A stretch of 64,000 nucleotides of DNA from a virus, in the IMG/VR virus record IMGVR_UViG_3300025141_000029, positions 1-64,000 of that record. The stretch is one strand, 5' to 3'. Both the position numbers and the translations under genes were made by a program. Below are positions 7,397-15,936 of this stretch, one piece after another; the first letter of the stretch is position 1; every line of letters begins with the position of its first letter. The notes below the pieces were generated by a model. The model saw only the letters and a program-made list of their open reading frames with translations, did no database searches and was not told the origin of the DNA.

Positions 7397-7749
7397 CTGC
7401 CCTCTCCTTCTTTTTCTATGTGCCACTTATCGGACATACATTTGCGCCATCTAATTGTTCCATCTAGGTGTTTTACATAAAGATAATCTATTCCTAAGTG
7501 GCCATCATCGTCTGGGCTATATATGTAATCCGGTTGAGAGTCTTCCAAGAATTCAGATGCGCCAGTTTTTGGCGAAAAAAGACGATAGCCGCCTTTTGTT
7601 CCTGCGATAATGATATTATCATGTAATTCTTTAGGAGAACAATGTCCTATTTGTTCTAGCATATGTTCGGGATATCCGTCATAGTAACAAAAGACTCCAA
7701 TGTAGCTTCCGTCTTCCTTTTCAACATATAAATTACTTTGTGTGCCCAT
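7393..7749 (-). CDS. Conserved phage hypothetical protein
   Basis: MGT...CYYDGYP motif. Confidence 0.7.
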   Translation of the reverse strand: MGTQSNLYVEKEDGSYIGVFCYYDGYPEHMLEQIGHCSPKELHDNIIIAGTKGGYRLFSPKTGASEFLEDSQPDYIYSPDDDGHLGIDYLYVKHLDGTIRWRKCMSDKWHIEKEGEGR

Positions 7750-7758
7750 TATCCACCA

Positions 7759-8112
7759 TTAAAATTTAATTATTTCCCAATCACCATCACAGTTTGTATA
7801 GCGAACTTTTTTAATACCCGCTTCCTCAATATACTTGATACAATGTCGACATGGCTTGGCCATTGCCCAGCCACCAGACTTCTTAAAGCGAAGAACCTCC
7901 ATTGTATCACCGGGTTTCGCAAAACGAAGCACATTCATTTCAGCATGCATACAGTGGCCCTGTTTTCCGTCAGGATAACGACGTCCAAAACGGGGATGTG
8001 TTTTGTGTGTATTGACCCCAACACGAACGACACTCTTGCCTCGTCGTAAGATAGCGGCCAAATGATAATGTTGGCCGTTATTCATCGCTTTTTTTTCAGC
8101 TTTGTAGTACAC
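7759..8112 (-). CDS. Zn-dependent cytidine/deoxycytidylate deaminase-family protein
   Basis: HAE and PCRHC motifs. Confidence 0.85.
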   Translation of the reverse strand: MYYKAEKKAMNNGQHYHLAAILRRGKSVVRVGVNTHKTHPRFGRRYPDGKQGHCMHAEMNVLRFAKPGDTMEVLRFKKSGGWAMAKPCRHCIKYIEEAGIKKVRYTNCDGDWEIIKF

Positions 8113-8146
8113 TGGACATAGTGTCCACCTCCTGGCTTACACACCT

Positions 8147-8174
8147 AGTATAATTACAGAAGAACACGAGTCAA
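8147..8174 (-). promoter_or_regulatory. sigma70-like promoter TTGACT-N16-TATACT
   Basis: Heads the overlapping gene chain that continues through the mini-gene array. Confidence 0.7.
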
Positions 8175-8614
8175 GAGTCTTTTTTATTTTTTTTGAAGAC
8201 CTGGCGTATGGCAGCGAAAGACAGCAAATTAATTGCCAAACACCCAAGAAATAATAATATTGCGTACCACTCCATTATTCTTCAGTTTCATATTCATCTA
8301 GCTCATCTAAAAGCCACTGGAAGTCGCTATCTTCTATCAGGCTTTCAAAATCACTGTCTTCCAAACATGAACTATAGTGACAACGTAATATCTTAACATT
8401 TGCCAGAATATTATTTACAAGATTTTCAGCAATTTCACATTCGTCATTCATAAGTTTGTACCCGCCTCAACTAATAGTTTTCTAATATTATCTATGCGAA
8501 TATTTAATTTTTGTTCATTTTCAGTTAAAATTGCAGTTTTTAAAAGATACAATTGTTTTTTCGCCTCTTCAAGCAACTCGCCGGCTTTTGAGGGCACATA
8601 AACTTTCACTCGAA

Positions 8615-8830
8615 CTACTCCTTTTTTCGTTTGTTAAAAATTTTATTGGATTTAATTTCTTCTTTCAATTTTAAGTTTTCTGCTAGTATTTCTTGTAACA
8701 TACCGGTCAGCTCATCAATGAGATGCATCGCTGTAAAATCTGTTGCGAACACAGAGCCTTTTTGCATTTTTAGACTGTATTTGCGTGCTTTTTCTAACAG
8801 AAGAAGTTTTTTTTGAATAGCCATCTTCAT
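8615..8830 (-). CDS. Hypothetical coiled-coil protein
   Basis: ORF track. Confidence 0.55.
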   Translation of the reverse strand: MKMAIQKKLLLLEKARKYSLKMQKGSVFATDFTAMHLIDELTGMLQEILAENLKLKEEIKSNKIFNKRKKE

Positions 8831-8835
8831 GTGTA

Positions 8836-9822
8836 TTATATGCTATTTTTACAATCAGAAAAGAAAATTTCTATATTACTAGCTAGTTGCGAAGTTATAT
8901 AACTACACATTTCTTTTTCGTTTTTTAAATCAATAAGCTGTGAATTGTGATATATTTTCCATTGTCCCAATTCTCGCAATACATCCATTTTGCTGATAAC
9001 AAGTTTATTAACAGAATTAAGGGCAATATTTTTTTGTAACTCGTCTAAGTTAAGCCAATTACATTGGCGCGGACGGCCGGTGGTCGCGCCGTATTCGTCG
9101 CCTAAATCACGCAGAGCTTGAAACACCGGATCGGATGGCTCGAAAGATTTGGCTCCAACATAGGTCTCATAAATCTTTGCGACACCCCATACATCACGAA
9201 GCCATCGTGGACTAACGGCATTCAAAAATACGCCGCCTAAACCACAGTGACTAGAAGTGACATATGGATAGTCGCCCCAATCAATATCCAAACCGAATCC
9301 TTGTGCTCCTTCGCATAATACTTTAATTGTTTTATCATTGTGAAATTCCTCGTATAAGTCTATGATATAAGATCGTAATGAAGCTACCTCGTCGGCCCGC
9401 ATTCCTTTGCGGGCATACTTATCGCGATAAGCTGGTCCGTTACCACGACGCGTGGTACCAATCTTATTTTCTGCTGCTTCTTCAAGAAGATGCCCTTCGG
9501 TAATTACATGAGCATTCTTCGCAATAAAAAGCGTACCATCTAATTTAATTCCAGCATCTTGTAGCTCTCTTACTTCTTCAAAAAAATGTTTAGGGCTGAT
9601 TACACATCCAGGTCCAATAATTGATTTAACCCCATAAAATACGCCGGCAGGAATATGATGTGTTACAAATTTCCTACCTTCGTGATAAATTGTGTGACCA
9701 GCGTTACAGCCTCCATTAAATCTCAAAACATGAGTATAATTTTTGTTCTTGGATAAGTAGTGTGTAACTTTTCCTTTGGCCTCGTCGCCATGTTGAATTC
9801 CTAATACTACGTCAGCTAACAT
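8836..9822 (-). CDS. purA: Adenylosuccinate synthetase (short form)
   Basis: QHGDEAKGK, GGCNAGHT, IGTT..GNGPAY.DK, EGAQG..LD...G.YPYVTSS, GATTGRPR. Confidence 0.92.
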   Translation of the reverse strand: MLADVVLGIQHGDEAKGKVTHYLSKNKNYTHVLRFNGGCNAGHTIYHEGRKFVTHHIPAGVFYGVKSIIGPGCVISPKHFFEEVRELQDAGIKLDGTLFIAKNAHVITEGHLLEEAAENKIGTTRRGNGPAYRDKYARKGMRADEVASLRSYIIDLYEEFHNDKTIKVLCEGAQGFGLDIDWGDYPYVTSSHCGLGGVFLNAVSPRWLRDVWGVAKIYETYVGAKSFEPSDPVFQALRDLGDEYGATTGRPRQCNWLNLDELQKNIALNSVNKLVISKMDVLRELGQWKIYHNSQLIDLKNEKEMCSYITSQLASNIEIFFSDCKNSI

Positions 9823-9842
9823 TTTTTTCCTTTGTTATTTAG

Positions 9843-9915
9843 TACCCCCTGTAGGGATCGAACCTACGACCTGCGGATTAAGAGTCCGATGCTCTACCAA
9901 CTGAGCTAAGAGGGC
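9843..9915 (-). tRNA. tRNA-Lys(CUU)
   Basis: Cloverleaf, anticodon loop CTCTTAA, no encoded CCA. Confidence 0.9.
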
Positions 9916-9940
9916 TTATCTTGGTGGTTGCTTTTATCCG

Positions 9941-10606
9941 CTAATCAAGAATAGTTTTCGCTATATTTTTGACTGCCATCCTTTCGTTGCGAGACAAATC
10001 CCTGTAAGTCTCTAAGCCCTCGGTAAAAGTAAATGGCCGGTTATTAACTCTTGTCATAAACTCTGCTTCTTCGCCCAGCTTGATATTGCCAACCTGTACA
10101 GTTTGTCCTAAGCCTGGAAATTCACTGTAATTTGTGCCATACAAGTGTGCGCCTTCACCACCAGCGGGGATAATTAAAACAGAATCTTGACAAAATTTCT
10201 TGCCGAGCATTATAATATTATCAATAAAATCAGAAGCTTCTGGTAAATTAACAACTATATAACTTTCCTCTCCAACTTCCACGGCTTGTGGGGTATCAAA
10301 ATCTTCAACGTAGTTGCCGCCAACTCTTGTAACTCCATAATTTAATGATAGAAGTGTGGCCTTAAGATCTCGATTTCTTTGCTTGTTGACGCGAAGTTGG
10401 ACGCCTGTTCTGCCACCTTTTCCCTTTACTTCGGGTGGTAAATCCTCTCCGCCTCTCAAGGCATCGTCTACACATTTAGACATATCGTTGGGATCGTTAC
10501 GAAAAGCTGTCAATATTGCCGTCTCTGTCGAGTAAATAAACTTATGTACTCTTGAAAGCGAAGATTCATTGAGAAATGATTTCCATTTACCGAGCAAATC
10601 TTTCAT
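9941..10606 (-). CDS. T3 gp0.3-like SAM lyase (SAMase) with N-terminal leader
   Basis: ILTAFR, N..RNR.L...L, GNYVE, GEES, QDSVL parallel the recalled T3 SAMase motifs LVSAFR, N..RHR, GCYRE, TEEK, QDCVL. Confidence 0.7.
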   Translation of the reverse strand: MKDLLGKWKSFLNESSLSRVHKFIYSTETAILTAFRNDPNDMSKCVDDALRGGEDLPPEVKGKGGRTGVQLRVNKQRNRDLKATLLSLNYGVTRVGGNYVEDFDTPQAVEVGEESYIVVNLPEASDFIDNIIMLGKKFCQDSVLIIPAGGEGAHLYGTNYSEFPGLGQTVQVGNIKLGEEAEFMTRVNNRPFTFTEGLETYRDLSRNERMAVKNIAKTILD

Positions 10607-10878
10607 AGATTTCTCTCTGCATATTCAGTACACTTCTTTAGAGAATCAACTTCCCGACTTGGTTCAACAACCACCAGTTCATCAATTCGATATTCATGAT
10701 AATAGTGATCGCCTCCGCGCATTTCGTTTATAAAATCCATCGCACTTTCATACTTCTCATCGTTAAACCATTTTACTTTTGCAAACGACCAATTGTTCTT
10801 TCTTGCTTCCAGATTTGTTACCACGCCATAACGTCGTATGCCTTGATAATTCTGAAATACAATATCGCTAACTTTCAC
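10603..10878 (-). CDS. Outlying MKVGDLV-family protein
   Basis: MKVSDIV...YGVV...AKVKW; GTG start inside the SES* end of the upstream gene. Confidence 0.7.
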   Translation of the reverse strand: MKVSDIVFQNYQGIRRYGVVTNLEARKNNWSFAKVKWFNDEKYESAMDFINEMRGGDHYYHEYRIDELVVVEPSREVDSLKKCTEYAERNL

Positions 10879-11422
10879 TTAAACCTCCTTCAAGTTTATG
10901 TTTTGTGACTTCAATTGGCTCAAACCACACTACAATATCCATGTCCCCTGTCTTGTAACGCGCACCTTTATAGTTTGATTCTTCGGGACTCAACAAGCTT
11001 TCAGGCTCGGAACCATATTTGGATTGTCGTGGTTTATTGGCCAAACTTCTCAATATTCTATCGTAATCCGGTGTCACTCGAAATTGCGACATTGATTTAT
11101 TTTTCAGGTCCAGCGGATCCGTCGTTAAATCGTATATCTGTTCCGCAGGTACAGTTGCTGAGTACAAAGCAGAGTCTTGTTTGACCTGTTCTTCTGCTTG
11201 TTCTTTTTTCATATAGAAAAATACTCTTGGCATGTCTGATACTCTATAATCATTGCGGGAATAATGTTGTCTTTTTGTCAAAAAATATTGAGGATCCAGC
11301 ATTAAGCTGTCTCCCTGTTCTTTTGAAAAGTGATATAGCTTGATATTTTCGTTAGAAAATACATAATCATTGATATCTTCCTGTAAAAGGAATTTTTTCC
11401 AATTTTTAAATAGGAGTTTCAC
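10868..11422 (-). CDS. Putative ADP-ribosyltransferase-fold internal head protein
   Basis: LYHFS...RVFFY...LYSA...IYDL...YKG..Y...VVWF; N-terminus MKLLFKNWKKFLLQE; late motif upstream. Confidence 0.5.
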   Translation of the reverse strand: MKLLFKNWKKFLLQEDINDYVFSNENIKLYHFSKEQGDSLMLDPQYFLTKRQHYSRNDYRVSDMPRVFFYMKKEQAEEQVKQDSALYSATVPAEQIYDLTTDPLDLKNKSMSQFRVTPDYDRILRSLANKPRQSKYGSEPESLLSPEESNYKGARYKTGDMDIVVWFEPIEVTKHKLEGGLSES

Positions 11423-11428
11423 AATTAA

Positions 11429-11436
11429 TAATTAGT
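11429..11436 (-). promoter_or_regulatory. Putative late promoter ACTAATTA
   Basis: Same motif precedes the structural genes. Confidence 0.55.
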
Positions 11437-11530
11437 CTAATCCTTCTTGATGTTCTTAACCAATCGAGTTATAAACATATAATATAATTATAATAACAAA
11501 ATACTAATTTGTAAAGAATTTAATTCCTTG

Positions 11531-11607
11531 TGGTACGTTCGACAGGATTCGAACCTGTGACCCTCGGCTTAGAAGGCCGATGCTCTATCCATCTGAGCTA
11601 CGAACGC
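11531..11607 (-). tRNA. tRNA-Arg(UCU) with CCA
   Basis: Cloverleaf, loop CTTCTAA, ACCA end. Confidence 0.92.
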
Positions 11608-11793
11608 ACAAAGCCCCTTGCGGGGCAGCTCTCAAATAATAACAATAAGTGCGATATAAGTAATGGCGCTAGATATCATGAGATTCTTGAAAAGACCATC
11701 ACCGCTATAGCGTGAAAAACTATTCATATTATTTTCCTCCTTTTTGAATTGTATATATAGTAACTTCCTTGTGAAAGGAAAGTGTTTTTTTGA

Positions 11794-11865
11794 AGCCTTC
11801 TCGCGGATTTGAACCGCGAACGTCCACTTTACAAGAGTGGTGCTCTACCGTTGAGCTAAGAAGGC
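11794..11865 (-). tRNA. tRNA-Thr(UGU)
   Basis: Cloverleaf GCCTTCT/AGAAGGC, loop CTTGTAA. Confidence 0.9.
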
Positions 11866-12710
11866 ATACAATAATCGCGTATCCTTCTTTCAGATATATC
11901 AATATATTTTGTTTCTAAATCAATTCCTATAAACTTTCTATTCTCCAAAAGAGATGCTATTCCGGTACTTCCCGATCCACAAAAAGGATCGATAACAGTA
12001 CCTCCCTCGGGTACAAAAACCTTGACCAAGTAGGACATTAAAGAAATAGGCTTTGGAGTTGGGTGATCGTTGTATTCTCCCCTTTCTTTGCGTGTTACGC
12101 GAGGAGCATAAAAATACTTTTGATGAGCCGGATTATCAAAATATCCAATTATATTAGAAGGATAGCGTCCAGCTGGGTTGGCATCTTCTTTGCCAAATTC
12201 TTTTTGGGTTCCAGTTGTTTTCCCATCTTTTCCAAAGGTAAGCCTCTGTAAACCGCCCTTTACCCAGCCGGTTGGAGGTTTCCCATCCCATGGAATTCTA
12301 GTATTTTGTGTATCAATTAGCCCCACATTCCATTCCTCATGATTCTTTTTCAAAGAACCTTTGAAAGGTTTTTGAGCCACAACTATAGGCTCGTGGGCCG
12401 GCTTAAGCTTATTTTTCTTGGGCATTTTAGTTGTCACCATCCATATAATTTGATCTTTTATCAAAAATCCACCGTCCTCGACGGCGCAGGCCATCCGATG
12501 ATATAGTTGCGGACTACAAAAACTAAGACAAAAGGCACCTGGCTTTAGAATTCTCTTAACTTCGACCCATATTTCAGACGTCGGTACCGAATGGTCCCAC
12601 GCTTCCATTCCCATGCCATACGGAGGATCAGTAACGCAGCCATCAATACTATTATCGGGCAACTCTTTCATCGCCCCCAAGCAGTTTCCTACTATTAACC
12701 TATGAGACAT
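11856..12710 (-). CDS. DNA N6A/N4C methyltransferase, beta class
   Basis: TDPPY before HPTPKP and DPFCGSGSTG; likely start MSHRLIVGNC. Confidence 0.9.
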   Translation of the reverse strand: MSHRLIVGNCLGAMKELPDNSIDGCVTDPPYGMGMEAWDHSVPTSEIWVEVKRILKPGAFCLSFCSPQLYHRMACAVEDGGFLIKDQIIWMVTTKMPKKNKLKPAHEPIVVAQKPFKGSLKKNHEEWNVGLIDTQNTRIPWDGKPPTGWVKGGLQRLTFGKDGKTTGTQKEFGKEDANPAGRYPSNIIGYFDNPAHQKYFYAPRVTRKERGEYNDHPTPKPISLMSYLVKVFVPEGGTVIDPFCGSGSTGIASLLENRKFIGIDLETKYIDISERRIRDYCMPS

Positions 12711-13353
12711 AATCAAATACCTTTTGTTCGCATGCGGTGCGCATAGAATGTAAGAAATAGTCGACATAATCTTTGCCGCCCATTTGATTGTACATCGCCC
12801 GCGTATAAAATTGAAATCCACGCTTAAACTCATCACTCTCTCTTAATTTTTGATTAAGTTCTTCGTCTGCTTTTCTTGCTTTTTCAAGATGTTCTCTTAA
12901 CATCTTTCCTTGCTCACAAGAAAGGATATCCTGCCCTCGATAGACAGTAGTTTCGTCGGTTTTGTCAGAGCAAAAAATATAAATATATTTCGGATTAGGG
13001 AGACCGCTATTATAAATTGGGTAAACTCCTTGGGCGCTCTTACACTCTAGGTAATAAAGCTTGCCCCCAGACTTAACTATGAAGTCTGGACTTTTGTGAG
13101 TTCCGCATGGTTGCGGAATAAAAGAATTATCAGGTAGTTCCGAATGGTCCCCTCCATCTAGCCACAAGTCTCTTAGACCAGTTTTGGGCGCATGTGTGGG
13201 CATCGATGTTTCGACCAAATGATGTTTAACGAGCAGATCTTGAACAGCATCCTCGTGTTTAGCTTCATTGTGGACATTTCCACTTGACGCAGCATAATTT
13301 TGATAATAGGGCATTCGTTGAATATCCTTCATAATCGCGAGCATGTTGCTCAT
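12700..13353 (-). CDS. Putative PD-(D/E)xK restriction endonuclease
   Basis: HE...SPDF...LECKS; overlaps the methylase start. Confidence 0.7.
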   Translation of the reverse strand: MSNMLAIMKDIQRMPYYQNYAASSGNVHNEAKHEDAVQDLLVKHHLVETSMPTHAPKTGLRDLWLDGGDHSELPDNSFIPQPCGTHKSPDFIVKSGGKLYYLECKSAQGVYPIYNSGLPNPKYIYIFCSDKTDETTVYRGQDILSCEQGKMLREHLEKARKADEELNQKLRESDEFKRGFQFYTRAMYNQMGGKDYVDYFLHSMRTACEQKVFDYVS

Positions 13354-13370
13354 AATTGGTCTCCTTAAGG

Positions 13371-13919
13371 CTACTTGTAGTTTTTTACAATCCAGTCGTA
13401 CATCGCAATACCAGAACTGGTACCAACATTTAAACTTCGTACAGAGCCGAACTGCGCTATGTTAACACAATAGTCACATTCTTTTAAGAGTAAAGGAGAA
13501 ATTCCTTCTCCCTCCTCGCCGAAAATCATTAACGCGTTGGGCGGCCACTCAAATGTTTCCATCGGAACACAACAATCTAAGTTGTTATCAAGCGCAACAA
13601 AAACATACTTCTCTTTAAGTTTAAGTAACTCATCGAAATCATTAAGATAATTTAAATCAACATAGTGATGAGTACCAACAGCGCCTCGTCGATCCCAACG
13701 CTTGCGACCAATGTAAAACACCTGAGATGCGTTGAAAGCATTGGCGTTTCTAATCATTGTGCTGATATTAAAGTCACCTTTCCAATGTTCCATTAAGACT
13801 GCGAATGGATGAGCCTTTGAACATAAATCTTCTTTGATATCTTCGATGCTCCATGACTTATATTCATCAGTCACATTATATTTCCAAGCACTCAGTCGCT
13901 CTTTATCATTCATATTCAT
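13371..13919 (-). CDS. SpoU/TrmH-family RNA 2'-O-methyltransferase
   Basis: N...IRNANAF, FGEEGEG, RSLNV SPOUT motifs. Confidence 0.88.
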   Translation of the reverse strand: MNMNDKERLSAWKYNVTDEYKSWSIEDIKEDLCSKAHPFAVLMEHWKGDFNISTMIRNANAFNASQVFYIGRKRWDRRGAVGTHHYVDLNYLNDFDELLKLKEKYVFVALDNNLDCCVPMETFEWPPNALMIFGEEGEGISPLLLKECDYCVNIAQFGSVRSLNVGTSSGIAMYDWIVKNYK

Positions 13920-14205
13920 CTTGAAATGTATTCCTATGAAACTCTAACATAGTCTCAGCCGCGAGCAGCTTAGTTGCATGTCCATTCAAATTAGCTGAAG
14001 GATTGTTTCCAATTTTAACGATTGGAATATATGTAACAATATATCTTTCGCCCGGTGCCATTTTCAATGACTTATCTGCACGGTAGGGGCCCCAATCAAT
14101 ATTTCTGTTCTCTTTCAAAAGAGTAAAAATTTCTCCAATAAATATTCCATCATGCCAAACATTCAGGCGACCAGTGTGAGACTGCTTCTTAAAGACAAAA
14201 TTCAT
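13906..14205 (-). CDS. Hypothetical protein
   Basis: ORF with GAGG RBS. Confidence 0.6.
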   Translation of the reverse strand: MNFVFKKQSHTGRLNVWHDGIFIGEIFTLLKENRNIDWGPYRADKSLKMAPGERYIVTYIPIVKIGNNPSANLNGHATKLLAAETMLEFHRNTFQDEYE

Positions 14206-14226
14206 TTTTCCTCATTTAAAATGATC

Positions 14227-14248
14227 AAAAAAAAGCGCCCGGAGGCGC
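14227..14248 (-). terminator. Intrinsic terminator
   Basis: GCGCC-TCCG-GGCGC followed by a U-tract. Confidence 0.75.
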
Positions 14249-14267
14249 ACAAAACTTAAAAAAAGTT

Positions 14268-14519
14268 TTAGTTTTCTACGTCTTCTTCAACAGCAAGAAC
14301 AACATCGGCGGTGTCAAGGGACACTTCTAGATCAGAATCAACATCGACACTTTCAAATGTGTCCTCAGTCACTTCTTCAACTAGAATATCGCCAACGACA
14401 ACATCGTCGGTCACTTGTTCCAACACCGTTGAGTCATCCGTAGTACAGCCTTGGATAGCTGTAATCATTAACAAAATCATTGCAAATGTGATTTTCATAA
14501 TATACTCCTTTGAAATCAT
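14268..14519 (-). CDS. Small acidic lipoprotein-like protein
   Basis: MKITFAMILLMITAIQGC leader then D/E-rich tail. Confidence 0.6.
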   Translation of the reverse strand: MISKEYIMKITFAMILLMITAIQGCTTDDSTVLEQVTDDVVVGDILVEEVTEDTFESVDVDSDLEVSLDTADVVLAVEEDVEN

Positions 14520-14560
14520 GAAGTATAAATATACGCACCGATAAAAAATAGTAAATAATA

Positions 14561-14818
14561 TTACTTAAAATCTGGAGTTGGCACACAAGTTTCTGGATCG
14601 ATTGTGACTTCGTTGTTTTTGTGAGCCTCGATAAATTCTTGAGCTGCTTTCTTATTCTTGAAATTTGTAAGATAAATTAGCTTCTCATCTTCTTTAAGAA
14701 GAACCTCGTAACATCCATGCCGTGCGTGATTAATATCATAAACGCTGGGCCTCTCATTTTCTTTGAGTTTCTTGAAGTTTCTTGGTCTTTTGCAAAACTT
14801 CATCTTGTGTCCTTTCAT
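14561..14818 (-). CDS. Hypothetical protein
   Basis: ORF track; promoter directly upstream. Confidence 0.6.
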   Translation of the reverse strand: MKGHKMKFCKRPRNFKKLKENERPSVYDINHARHGCYEVLLKEDEKLIYLTNFKNKKAAQEFIEAHKNNEVTIDPETCVPTPDFK

Positions 14819-14824
14819 ATATCA

Positions 14825-14852
14825 ATTATAATAACACCACGCTCATCGTCAA
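14825..14852 (-). promoter_or_regulatory. sigma70-like promoter TTGACG-N16-TATAAT
   Basis: Near-consensus boxes. Confidence 0.65.
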
Positions 14853-15099
14853 GATCTTCTTCTTCCTGTTGCTGTACATTTTCTTTAAGCCATTGAACAT
14901 ATCTTTCCTGCTCTTCCTGTGGTGAAGGTACCCGAACGTACAATCTTTCATATTCGCTCATTACTCAACTCCTCAATTATTTCTCTTAACTGTTGATTTT
15001 CGCTACCTAATTCATGAATCAACTCATTCATTTCGTGAACAGCTTGAACTAAAAGATCGTATCTGGTTTTCAGATCTTTTAATTCCTGCTCATGTGTTT

Positions 15100-15285
15100 T
15101 CACCTTCCCTGGCCTCGGTAGGGCTTTTTGCGACGTCGAGCGTTGCTCGGCGGGGTGCCGTCGCGATGGCCATTGTGAAATGTCTCACCTCCCGAATGAG
15201 GGGTTCTAGAATAAGTCCCATTTCCCTGTGAGGTTTTTTTCGGAATGCTACCGATGCTATACACAATTCCTCTAATCTTTGCCAT
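15100..15285 (-). CDS. Small basic phage protein (KKTSQG...YRGQGR type)
   Basis: AGGAG RBS and late-like motif at 15302-15309. Confidence 0.7.
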   Translation of the reverse strand: MAKIRGIVYSIGSIPKKTSQGNGTYSRTPHSGGETFHNGHRDGTPPSNARRRKKPYRGQGR

Positions 15286-15335
15286 TTTATTCTCCTTATA
15301 GTAATTAGGGCAAGAGACGTTTCAAACGTCTTTTT

Positions 15336-15366
15336 AAAAAAAAAGGATACCCGTTGGGTATCCTTT
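15336..15366 (-). terminator. Intrinsic terminator after hsp20
   Basis: AAAGGATACCC-aac-GGGTATCCTTT plus U-tract. Confidence 0.85.
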
Positions 15367-15388
15367 AGAAACTTAAGATCTTAAAAGA

Positions 15389-15823
15389 TTACTTAATATT
15401 AATACACAACGGCTTAACTTCAGGTCTCGTTGGTACAACGAGCTTAAGCAGGCCGTTCTCAAATTCTGCTGTTATAGCATTAAGATCTAAATTGTTATCA
15501 TAATTAACATACGTCTTAGAAAAGTTCCGGCGTGCTACGCGCCTGGAGCGTTCTCGTGCGTTGATATCCTCAGTGTTCGCACTAACTGTGATACTGTTCT
15601 TTTCTGGTTTGATTTCAATATTCAAATCTTCCTTTGAAAATCCAGCCAAAGCAAATTCCATTACAGTATCTCCATTGTCTTCCCGATAAATATCGGCTAC
15701 AGGATATCCCTGTGTTGTTCTCTGCATCAACTGTGGAAAATCCAGCATTGAATCAAAGATGTCCTCAAAAACATTCCGACCCAGAAGGCTCGGACGATAA
15801 GTTGCAAGTGTTGTACTAGTCAT
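15389..15823 (-). CDS. Small heat shock protein Hsp20/IbpA-like
   Basis: YPVADI..E.ALAGFSKEDL.I...R.FS...A.FENGLLKL.VP; AGGAG RBS before MTSTT. Confidence 0.92.
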   Translation of the reverse strand: MTSTTLATYRPSLLGRNVFEDIFDSMLDFPQLMQRTTQGYPVADIYREDNGDTVMEFALAGFSKEDLNIEIKPEKNSITVSANTEDINARERSRRVARRNFSKTYVNYDNNLDLNAITAEFENGLLKLVVPTRPEVKPLCINIK

Positions 15824-15936
15824 AATATTTTCTCCTTTTAAAGCAAGTATTTGAGCGAGAATCCCTTGCAGGCGACACTCGCTATATCTAAACAATAAGC
15901 ACGCTCAAGAATCAGTCAAGAAGAAAATATATTTTT

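Noticed and set aside
8836-9822. PurZ / 2-aminoadenine (Z) genome pathway, suggested by purA-like, MazG-like and PolA genes
   Set aside because: The protein keeps the PurA catalytic Asp (GDEAKGK) rather than the Ser of PurZ, and has a canonical GATTGR loop
11530-11715. 61-aa ORF MVRSTGFEPVT...
   Set aside because: It is the antisense reading of tRNA-Arg
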